A DNA stretch of 64,000 nucleotides from Kiritimatiellia bacterium (GTDB lineage Bacteria; Verrucomicrobiota; Kiritimatiellia; RFP12; UBA1067), in contig JBMNFY010000008.1 in assembly GCA_050949565.1 (NCBI GenBank), forward strand, positions 256,001-320,000, read 5' to 3'. Within the stretch, counting starts at the first letter, position 1; the number at the start of each line of letters is the position of its first letter. This document shows, piece by piece, positions 1 through 7,646 of this stretch. The notes under the pieces were generated by a model. The model did no database searches and was not told where the DNA came from. It saw nothing but the letters and a program-made list of their open reading frames with translations. The position numbers and the translations under genes are program-made.

Positions 1-1901
1 AAGGATATCGGCACGTGTACACCTTTGACCTGCCGGTCTGCGGCAGCTTCTTCACTTCGGCATCGACTTACACCGTGTTCGCCGACACCAACAACCTTCC
101 GCCCTACTCGCGCGTGGCCTATTACCTCGAACTCCAAGCCGGCACCGCGCCGACACAGTGGATCTGGACCGCCATGGATGCCTTCACCGACGACCCCTCA
201 AAGATCGGACTCCCCGGCACCAACTGCTTCTTCCAGACGCGTGTCACGCGTCTGGATGTGCGCTCCAACGTGGGCGGCATCGTCACCGGCACCGATATCG
301 ACACCGGCAACATCGAGTTCTGGCCCAGCAATTACGGAAAAGGAAACTCGATCGGCATTCCGAGCGCCAGCAACTCGACTTACGATTTCGGCGACGGCAG
401 TGCCAACGGCAGCCAGAACGGTCATGGCTCCATGCAGGTCCACAATCACGGCGCAGGTGCCGCCCAGACACTCTTTGCCCTCAGCAATTTCAACAATAAC
501 AACCTGCTCAGCATCGGCATCGGCAACCGACCGACCGGCGACCCCGACTGGACCTTCGCCTACAACGCGGAATCGTACAACCACCGCCGACTCTACGTGT
601 TTGTGCTGTGCGCGGGCAGCACCGCCGACCTGACGCGCCCGACCCTGCTCAACGCCACAGCTTCGCTCACGCTCGACCAGATCGCGCTCGGCTTCAACGA
701 GCCGCTGGCCGACAGTTCAGCCACGCCAACGTTCTTCACCGTTTCACCCGACGTGACGGTGCTCGATGCCTGGCTGAGTCCCAACAAGAGGGATGTGATC
801 CTGCGAACCTCGCCGCTGACCGCCGGCCAGCTCTACTCAGTCTCCGTCACCGGCGTGCGCGACCGCTCCTTCAACGCCAATCCGGTCGCCCCCGGCACCG
901 CCCTCTCGTTCCGCGCACCCGTCCCCTATCCGATCGGCCCGCTCGCCGACATCCCCGAGTATGGCGACTACGAACTTGTCTCCTACCTTCCCGTCAGCAA
1001 CACGGTCAGTTACGTCAACGGCGCGAACTACTTGGTTGACGAGAGTCGTTTCCAGCAGATCCAGCCCTTCGACCGCGTCGCTTATTGCATGAACCTAGTC
1101 GATACAAACGGGGTCCACAAATGGGTCTGGGTCTCCATGGATGCCTACACCAACGACCTGTCGATGATCGGTGTGCCAACCGCCGACCGTGGTGCCCGCC
1201 TGCAACAGTACGTCAGCAACCTCACGGTCTACGCGTCCGCCAATGTCGCCGACATCAGTGTCAGTACCGGCACAGGCATCCTCGCCGGCAACATCGAGTT
1301 CTGGCCGAACAACTACGGGGCGGGCAACGCCCTCAATATCCCGGGCGCAAGCGGCAGTCGCTATGATTGGGGCGACACCATCGACGCCATCACGACGGTC
1401 GGCCACGGCTCCATGCAGGTCCACAATTTCGCTCAAGGCCAGACGATCTTCTCGATGGTCAGCTTCGGCTCGAACAACCGGACGCCCGGCCTCGGTATCG
1501 GCAACAAGCCGAATGCCTCAAACGATCCCGACTGGACCTTCACCTACAACGCGCGCGAGTTCACCACCAAGGACATCTACATCCTTGCCCGTCGCGGTGT
1601 GCCAGCCACCCCGACCGGAACGCGCCCGGGTATCTGGAACCAGCCGCGTTCCCTAAAAATACGTATAGGTGAAGATGCCCTGTTCAGCGTTTTCTCCCCG
1701 AATGCCACGGGCTTCCAATGGCGGCACAATGGCACGGCCATCCCCGGCGCCACAGCCTCTTGGCTGTTACTCAACGATGTGAAAAAAGCCACTGCGGGCA
1801 GTTATGACGTGGTAGTCTACGGCACCGGCTCGCAAGCGATCCTCAGCCAAAGCGCCACATTGACCGTCATCCACGGCGGCACAGTCATGTGGCTCAAGTA
1901 A
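1..1901 (+). CDS. Secreted multidomain protein, 5'-truncated: two copies of a ~200-aa putative carbohydrate-binding domain, a bacterial Ig-like domain, an I-set Ig domain and a C-terminal GGTVMWLK tail
   Basis: The frame is open from the window edge. The duplicated motifs R(V)AYxxxL, WxWxxMDAxTxD, GNIEFWPxNYG, GHGSMQVHN and DPDWTF are ~980 nt apart. QPRSLKIRIGEDALFSV...FQWRHNG...GSYDVVV is I-set-like. Confidence 0.75.
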   Translation, partial: GYRHVYTFDLPVCGSFFTSASTYTVFADTNNLPPYSRVAYYLELQAGTAPTQWIWTAMDAFTDDPSKIGLPGTNCFFQTRVTRLDVRSNVGGIVTGTDIDTGNIEFWPSNYGKGNSIGIPSASNSTYDFGDGSANGSQNGHGSMQVHNHGAGAAQTLFALSNFNNNNLLSIGIGNRPTGDPDWTFAYNAESYNHRRLYVFVLCAGSTADLTRPTLLNATASLTLDQIALGFNEPLADSSATPTFFTVSPDVTVLDAWLSPNKRDVILRTSPLTAGQLYSVSVTGVRDRSFNANPVAPGTALSFRAPVPYPIGPLADIPEYGDYELVSYLPVSNTVSYVNGANYLVDESRFQQIQPFDRVAYCMNLVDTNGVHKWVWVSMDAYTNDLSMIGVPTADRGARLQQYVSNLTVYASANVADISVSTGTGILAGNIEFWPNNYGAGNALNIPGASGSRYDWGDTIDAITTVGHGSMQVHNFAQGQTIFSMVSFGSNNRTPGLGIGNKPNASNDPDWTFTYNAREFTTKDIYILARRGVPATPTGTRPGIWNQPRSLKIRIGEDALFSVFSPNATGFQWRHNGTAIPGATASWLLLNDVKKATAGSYDVVVYGTGSQAILSQSATLTVIHGGTVMWLK

Positions 1902-1954
1902 CGGTTGGCGACGATAAGCGGTACTCCGCGCGATGTCGCTTTAACGCGGGATTA

Positions 1955-2090
1955 GCGGTTAGGAGTTGAGCGTTCTGCGTTCGACGTTCGGCGTTCATGG
2001 GGCGCGGCGTAACCGCTACCGGGCAAGTGACACTTGCCCCTCCCGGTGCTCCGCAAACTTATTACATCTTACCTATTACTTATTACCTCC
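1955..2090. repeat. Intergenic repeat mosaic (GCGTTCN heptamers, REP-A hairpin, TATTACC heptamers)
   Basis: gcgttct gcgttcg acgttcg gcgttca; gggcaagtgacacttgcccctccc; cttattacatcttacctattacttattacct. Confidence 0.8.
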
Positions 2091-3883
2091 ATGCGCGCCA
2101 GGCTGTCAGACAGCCCGCCTTCGCGGTTGCGCAGGCGCCAGACCGCCGCATGCGCCGCCATCAGCGTCTCCTGTTCCGCCGCGAGCGACGCCTGCGTCGT
2201 GGGTGTGTCGATCGTGCCGTCCAGCAGCGCAATCCCACGGTGACACGCGGCACGCAGCAGCCGGATCACGTGACGGACCTCCTGCCCGACGACCGATGTC
2301 CGCTCCGCAGGCAGTCCGCGCTCAATACCGTCAATCGCGCCGAGGACATCCCGCAGCGTTTCTGTCGTGATCCCGGCAGGCAAGGCGCGCCCGCGCGGCT
2401 TGGCAAGCAGCAGGAACAGCTCGCTGGCGTTGCCGCGTAACGCGCCGCACCGCAAGTAGAGATCGCCCAGCCGCAGCAGCGCATCGCCATACCCCTGCGC
2501 ACCGCCGAAACGATCCATCGCCTGCGCGAGATCCAGATCCCGGTTGCGCGCGCCGCCCCACGCCAGCGCCGCGCCATACGTATAGCCGGCGAAGCTCACC
2601 GCCAGCGGCTGCCAGTGACCGCCGTCGCCCCAGTCTGTGATCAGATAGCCGCAGGCACCGTGGCGCAACCCGTTCTCGGCCGCGACCGCGAGATTCGCGC
2701 GCATGTTGGTCATGCGACCGGCCAGACTGTTCCATGACGACGTGCCGGGACACACGTAAAACGACAGCCCCGACGCAGCGAACAGCGCCCCGTGCTCGTC
2801 AAACGGATGATCGGCCTCATACCCCCACTCCAGCGCTAGCGCGTCGCGCGGCACCTCGCGCACCAGCTCAGGATGACGCATGATGATGTCGCCCCAAAAG
2901 GCCATGCGCCGCCCGCGTGCGGTGACTCGCGCGTGAATCTCCTTGAGAAAGTCCAGATACACGCGCCCCTCGCCGTGCTCACGTACTTGCGCCGCCGAAC
3001 GGCCTTCACCGCGCAAGTCGAAGGTCTCGTCGCAGCCGACATTGAACAGCCGTGAGGTGAAGTTCGGCAGCAGTTGGTCATACAGATTCTCAAGCAGGGC
3101 GAGACTGCGCGGGTCGGTCGGACAGAGCGATGTTGGCCGTTCGTGTACGCCGCCCCACGGCAGCGGCGCGCCGCCCTGCGGCAGTTCGGCCAGCGGCGCG
3201 TAACGCGGCAACGCAAGCCAGCGCTCCAGATGCCCGAACGAATTCTGATTCGGCACCAGCTCCACACACCGCTCAATGCAATAGGCATCCAACTCGCGGA
3301 TCTCCTCTGGCGTCATCGGACTCGCGTCGCGCCAGACCTCCTCGTGACCGCGATAGGCGAACGTGTGTTCGGTGTAGAGTTGAAGCTGATTGATCTTGAG
3401 CGTAGCCAGCCGATCCACAAGTTCAAACAGCGTCGCCATCGTCGGCACCTTGTCGCGACTGATGTCGAGCATCACGCCGCGCGCCTCAAAGTCCGGTGCG
3501 TCCTCAATCTCACAAACCGGCAGCGCACCACCCGACAACGCGACAAGCTGTGCCAAGGTCACGGCCGCATAAAAAAGACCCGCGCAATCCTGCGCTTCGG
3601 CTTCAACGCCTGCGGGCGTGACGCATAACCGATAGGACTGCGCCCCGGCCACATGCGGCACCAGATTAAATCGGATGCAGGCACACTCAGCGGGCGGGGA
3701 CGTCTGCGCTCCCGACTCCCGCCAGCCCGACCCCAAGGTGCGCCGGAGCACACGCGACGCAGGACGCGCGACATCCGCCGCCGCATCAACCGAGAACATG
3801 CCCGCCCCATCAACGCGCAATTCCCCCTCACCCAGAACGACCCGCCTTGGACGCGGCACCAATCTTTCTATCTGAACATGCAC
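2069..3883 (-). CDS. Glycoside hydrolase family 20 (beta-N-acetylhexosaminidase-like)
   Basis: IEDAPDFEARGVMLDISRDKVP, PNQNSFGH and catalytic GCDE. The start was moved to GTG 3883 (AGGTG upstream) because the longer ORF runs into the tRNA. Confidence 0.88.
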   Translation of the reverse strand: MHVQIERLVPRPRRVVLGEGELRVDGAGMFSVDAAADVARPASRVLRRTLGSGWRESGAQTSPPAECACIRFNLVPHVAGAQSYRLCVTPAGVEAEAQDCAGLFYAAVTLAQLVALSGGALPVCEIEDAPDFEARGVMLDISRDKVPTMATLFELVDRLATLKINQLQLYTEHTFAYRGHEEVWRDASPMTPEEIRELDAYCIERCVELVPNQNSFGHLERWLALPRYAPLAELPQGGAPLPWGGVHERPTSLCPTDPRSLALLENLYDQLLPNFTSRLFNVGCDETFDLRGEGRSAAQVREHGEGRVYLDFLKEIHARVTARGRRMAFWGDIIMRHPELVREVPRDALALEWGYEADHPFDEHGALFAASGLSFYVCPGTSSWNSLAGRMTNMRANLAVAAENGLRHGACGYLITDWGDGGHWQPLAVSFAGYTYGAALAWGGARNRDLDLAQAMDRFGGAQGYGDALLRLGDLYLRCGALRGNASELFLLLAKPRGRALPAGITTETLRDVLGAIDGIERGLPAERTSVVGQEVRHVIRLLRAACHRGIALLDGTIDTPTTQASLAAEQETLMAAHAAVWRLRNREGGLSDSLARMEVISNR

Positions 3884-3904
3884 GTTATCACCTATTTCTT
3901 CCGC

Positions 3905-3940
3905 GCAGCGGAAGGCGGCTCGTGGGGACACTCGCCCTCC
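3905..3940. repeat. REP-C hairpin copy
   Basis: cagcggaaggcggctcgtggggacactcgccctcc is nearly identical to 61763-61798. Confidence 0.8.
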
Positions 3941-4020
3941 ATTGCTTCGCTCCGACGGCTCTCGCTCTCCACTACCGCCCCCACTCATGTCAATCATGTC
4001 AGAAAAACTCAACCGGGCTA

Positions 4021-4049
4021 TTGACCCGCCACACAGAAATCGATACATT
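4021..4049 (+). promoter_or_regulatory. Sigma70-type promoter of the tRNA pair
   Basis: TTGACC-N17-TACATT, 14 nt upstream of tRNA-Gly. Confidence 0.7.
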
Positions 4050-4063
4050 AGCTTAATACATCT

Positions 4064-4137
4064 GCGGGCGTAGCTCAATGGTAGAGCCCCAGCCTTCCAA
4101 GCTGGTTACGAGGGTTCGATTCCCTTCGCCCGCTCCA
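4064..4137 (+). tRNA. tRNA-Gly (TCC)
   Basis: GCGGGCG acceptor stem, anticodon arm CCAGC-CT-TCC-AA-GCTGG, GTTCGATTC T-loop, encoded CCA. Confidence 0.97.
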
Positions 4138-4142
4138 TCCGT

Positions 4143-4228
4143 GCCAGGGTGGCGAAATGGCATACGCAGCAGACTCAAAATCTGCCGGTGGCGACACCGT
4201 GAGGGTTCGACTCCCTCTCCTGGCACCA
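4143..4228 (+). tRNA. tRNA-Leu (CAA)
   Basis: Anticodon arm GCAGA-CT-CAA-AA-TCTGC, long variable arm GGTGGCGACACC, GTTCGACTC, encoded CCA. Confidence 0.97.
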
Positions 4229-4244
4229 TCTACACTCCACTGCC

Positions 4245-5501
4245 CTATCGCGCACACGCGGCCAACACGACCGCGACGATCGTGGAGGTAAGACCGACCG
4301 CAGCTTCGTAGGGAATCAATTTCAGGCGGTCCTTTACCGACATCCCGACCGCGCCGCCAGTCGCATGGAAGAAACTGCCGTGCGGCAGGGAATCGATGAT
4401 CGTCGCGCCGGCATGGATCATCGCCGCAGAAGCGAGCGCGGGCACCCCGGCTGAAACCAGCGTGCCGGAAAAAGTCTGCGAGGCGATCGTCGCGCCAGCG
4501 GTGGTCGAAGCCGTCGCCCCGGCCATCAAAAAGCCGGAAACCGGCGCGAGCGCCATCGTCGGCAGATGCAGGGCGCCGAGCAACGCGATCATATCTTGGT
4601 TGAGCCCCGAATCCTTGACAATGCCGGCAATGGTACCGGTACCAATCAGGAGAATGGAGACCCCGATCACCTTCGAAAGGCCGAACTCGGAGTTGGCGAC
4701 GGTATCACGCCACTTGCCGGTCACCAGATTACAGACGAGGCCGCCCACAGGCAGTGCGACGAGCGGATCGACCGCAATGCCGCAGAGCGGGCGAAGCGCG
4801 AGCAGAACGACGACGGTCAGGGGACCTATCACCGCTTGCATGAACGAGGGCAGATCTGTTGCGGAAGCCGCGTCGTCTTCGGCAACCTCCGTCGTCACAT
4901 CCCCCGCCCGTCTGGCCATGATCGTCGAAATCAGAATCGTCACCACGAGCGCCGCGATCGCCGGAATGATATTTGCACCCATCAGCGAGGTCAGTTCGAT
5001 TTTGAAGGCATCGGCCGCAGCAATCGTGTTAGGGTTCGGCGAGATGATGTTGCCCGCCTTACCACCGCCGATCATCGCCACAAGAAGCGCACTCACCGGC
5101 AGCTTCGCCTTGCGTCCGACCGCAAGTGCCACCGGCGCGACCGTGATCACCGCAATATCGATGAACACCCCGACGGCGCAGACGATCATCGTCGACAGGG
5201 CGACCGCCGTCAGCGCGAACCGCGCCCCCAGCGCACCGACGATCGCATCCGCGATCTTCGCCGCACTCCCGGTCTTCACCAACGCGCCGACAAGGACACC
5301 GGAGGCGAGAATCCGAAGGACCGACGGCATCATCGCCTTGGTGCCATCGATCATCGCGGCGACAGTATCGGTGAGTCCGCCGCCACCGATCAAACCGCCG
5401 GCGAGCGCCCCGAAGATCAGGGCATAGGCCGGGGTCGCCTTGCGGATGATGAGGAAGATCGCAATCGCAAGCCCGATCAAGGCACCGTAAGTCGTAAACA
5501 T
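4245..5501 (-). CDS. GntP-family (gluconate/glycerate:H+) permease
   Basis: Polytopic membrane protein with GGGKAGNIISPNPNTIA and DSLPHGSFFHATGG motifs; start taken at MFTTYG. Confidence 0.8.
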   Translation of the reverse strand: MFTTYGALIGLAIAIFLIIRKATPAYALIFGALAGGLIGGGGLTDTVAAMIDGTKAMMPSVLRILASGVLVGALVKTGSAAKIADAIVGALGARFALTAVALSTMIVCAVGVFIDIAVITVAPVALAVGRKAKLPVSALLVAMIGGGKAGNIISPNPNTIAAADAFKIELTSLMGANIIPAIAALVVTILISTIMARRAGDVTTEVAEDDAASATDLPSFMQAVIGPLTVVVLLALRPLCGIAVDPLVALPVGGLVCNLVTGKWRDTVANSEFGLSKVIGVSILLIGTGTIAGIVKDSGLNQDMIALLGALHLPTMALAPVSGFLMAGATASTTAGATIASQTFSGTLVSAGVPALASAAMIHAGATIIDSLPHGSFFHATGGAVGMSVKDRLKLIPYEAAVGLTSTIVAVVLAACAR

Positions 5502-5643
5502 AAGGATCTGAAAGGTTAAAGGTCGCGCACACGCCCCAATCGTCTGGGTTCCCGTCCCAGAACCAACGGAGACAATGTACACCGTGCTACGGCAACCCGT
5601 CCAATGGATTTCTCCGCGCCTTCAAAATCCGCAGTCGCGCAAC

Positions 5644-5673
5644 TTGACAGATAGCCGTGCCCCTCTGTAACAT
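5644..5673 (+). promoter_or_regulatory. Sigma70-type promoter of efp
   Basis: TTGACA-N18-TAACAT upstream of an AAGAGG RBS. Confidence 0.55.
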
Positions 5674-5706
5674 GAATCCCTACTTCAAACGCGAAAGAGG
5701 GCGATT

Positions 5707-6276
5707 ATGCTTACCGTATCTGATCTGCGCAAGGGCGCAAAAATCCAGTTGGAAGACGGCCAGCCGTGGCTGGTCACTGAGTTTGACTTCAGCAAGCCCG
5801 GCAAGGGACAGGCGATCTATAACTGCAAGCTGAAGAATATGCTGACCGGCACGACCATGAGCAAAAGTTTCCGCTCGAATGACAGGTTCGAGAAACCGGA
5901 GTTGGTTCAGAAACAGGTGCGCTTCTCATACGAAAACGATGGCCACTATGTGTTTCTGAACGAGAATTACGAAGAGTTGGTGATCGAGGAGGAGGTGCTC
6001 GGACGTAACAAGTATTTCCTGATGGACGACATGCCCGTCGACGCCCTCTTCTTCAACGACAAGGTGATTGACGTCGAACTGCCGAATATGGTCGAGCGCA
6101 CCGTGATTAGCTGCGAGGTCGGCGTCAAAGGCAACACCGCTTCCGGCAAGGTTACCAAGCCCGCCACCGTCGAAGGCGGCTACGAACTGGCCGTCCCGCT
6201 CTTCATCAACGAAGGCGACGTGATCCGTATCGACACGCGGACCGGCGAATACAACGACCGCGCCCGCACGGCGTAA
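5707..6276 (+). CDS. efp: Elongation factor P
   Basis: KPGKGQA loop, KPATVEGG, VPLFINEGDVIRIDTRTGEY; 189 aa. Confidence 0.97.
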   Translation: MLTVSDLRKGAKIQLEDGQPWLVTEFDFSKPGKGQAIYNCKLKNMLTGTTMSKSFRSNDRFEKPELVQKQVRFSYENDGHYVFLNENYEELVIEEEVLGRNKYFLMDDMPVDALFFNDKVIDVELPNMVERTVISCEVGVKGNTASGKVTKPATVEGGYELAVPLFINEGDVIRIDTRTGEYNDRARTA

Positions 6277-6314
6277 CACTGAATGCCTGTAAGCAGACCT
6301 GTTGGAGGAGTCTT

Positions 6315-7646
6315 ATGACCGCTGAGAAAATCGCCGCGCTGGACAGCTTTTCACCTGAAACGCGCGCTGCCGCGCTCAACGCGCTCGCCGCCGGGACCTT
6401 TCCCGAGCCCGGCGCGAACTTCAACATGCACTGCCATTCGTTCTTTTCGTACAACGCCGACGGCTGGTCGCCCTCACGCGTGGCGTACGAATGCCGCGCG
6501 CGCGGCCTGTGCGCTGCGGCACTGTGCGACTTTGACGTGCTCGACGGCCTTGAGGAGTTTCTCGCCGCCGGCCGCCTGCTGGCGCTACGTACCGCCGTCC
6601 ACTTGGAGACCCGCGCCTACGTTCCGGAACTGGCGTCCTGCGATATCAGCTCGCCGGGCGAACCGGGCGTGACCTACATCATGGGCTGCGGCTTCGCCCG
6701 CGAACCGGAAGCCGATACGCCGCAAGCCACAACGCTGGCGGCACTCCGCCAAGGCGCGCAGGAACGCAATCTCGCGCTGATCGCCCGCGTCAACGCCGCG
6801 TTGCCCGCGATTGCGATTGACTACGCGCGCGACGTGCTGCCGCTGACTCCGAAAGGTGTCGCTACCGAGCGCCACATCGTGCGTGCCTACCGTGTCCAAG
6901 CGGAGAAGGCACTTGCCGACGCCGTAGCGCGCGCGGCCTTCTGGGCGCCGCTGCTCGCCTGCAACGAGACCGATTACCCCGCGCTCGAAGCGACACTGCC
7001 GAAACTCGAGGATCGGATCCGCAACGCGCTCGCCAAGCGCGGCGGCATCGGCTACATCCAGCCGGATGAAACGACCTTCCCGCTGGCAGACGACTTTACG
7101 CGCTGGGTGAAGGCGTGCGACGCCATCCCCACCATCGCCTGGCTGGACGGCACCAGCGACGGCGAGGCCGACGCCGACCGGCTGCTGGACCTGATGACCG
7201 CCAAAGGCTGCGCCGCGCTCAACATCATTCCGGACCGCAACTGGAACCTCAAGTCACCTGACGAGGCGGCCACCAAGCAGGCCAAGCTCGCCGAGATTGT
7301 GGCCGGTTGCGTCGCGCGCGACCTGCCGGTCAACATCGGCACCGAGATGAACAAGGGCGGCTTGCCTTTTGTCGATGATCTGGCCGGTCCGGTGCTGAGC
7401 CGCTACGCCTCTGTCTTTGTGCAGGGCATGCAGATCATGGTCGGCCAGAGCGTGCTGGCCCGGTATGCGGATGCGCCTTACCTCGGCGCGCGTGCCGTGG
7501 CGGAGTTCCCGGACCGTGCGCAGCGTAACGCCTTTTATGCGGCGGTCGGAGCCCTACCGGCCTTGACCGACCAAACTGCCGCACGACTGCAAGACGCAGG
7601 CCCCGATAAAGCCTTCAGCCTACTGGCCGACGCCGCACGGAACTAG
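6315..7646 (+). CDS. PHP-domain (metal-dependent phosphoesterase-like) protein
   Basis: N-terminal NMHCHSFFSY (HxHS) motif then ALCDFDVLDG; strong GGAGGAG RBS. Confidence 0.65.
   Translation: MTAEKIAALDSFSPETRAAALNALAAGTFPEPGANFNMHCHSFFSYNADGWSPSRVAYECRARGLCAAALCDFDVLDGLEEFLAAGRLLALRTAVHLETRAYVPELASCDISSPGEPGVTYIMGCGFAREPEADTPQATTLAALRQGAQERNLALIARVNAALPAIAIDYARDVLPLTPKGVATERHIVRAYRVQAEKALADAVARAAFWAPLLACNETDYPALEATLPKLEDRIRNALAKRGGIGYIQPDETTFPLADDFTRWVKACDAIPTIAWLDGTSDGEADADRLLDLMTAKGCAALNIIPDRNWNLKSPDEAATKQAKLAEIVAGCVARDLPVNIGTEMNKGGLPFVDDLAGPVLSRYASVFVQGMQIMVGQSVLARYADAPYLGARAVAEFPDRAQRNAFYAAVGALPALTDQTAARLQDAGPDKAFSLLADAARN

Noticed and set aside
306-1545. Nucleotide repeats ~980 bp apart as a DGR template/variable pair
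   Set aside because: They are explained by an in-frame domain duplication; differences are not adenine-specific and there is no reverse transcriptase in the window.
3884-4078. N-terminal extensions in the ORF track (also 41965-42219, 42908-43099, 61994-62164)
   Set aside because: They run through a tRNA, repeats or neighbouring genes; better starts with an RBS or signal peptide lie downstream.
4064-4245. tRNA as the att site of an integrative element
   Set aside because: No integrase is present, and I saw no duplicated tRNA 3' end in the window.
5520-5600. Leader hairpin TCTGGG-ACGGGAA-CCCAGA upstream of the GntP permease as a riboswitch
   Set aside because: It is a short stem with no recognisable riboswitch consensus; this cannot be supported without a covariance search.
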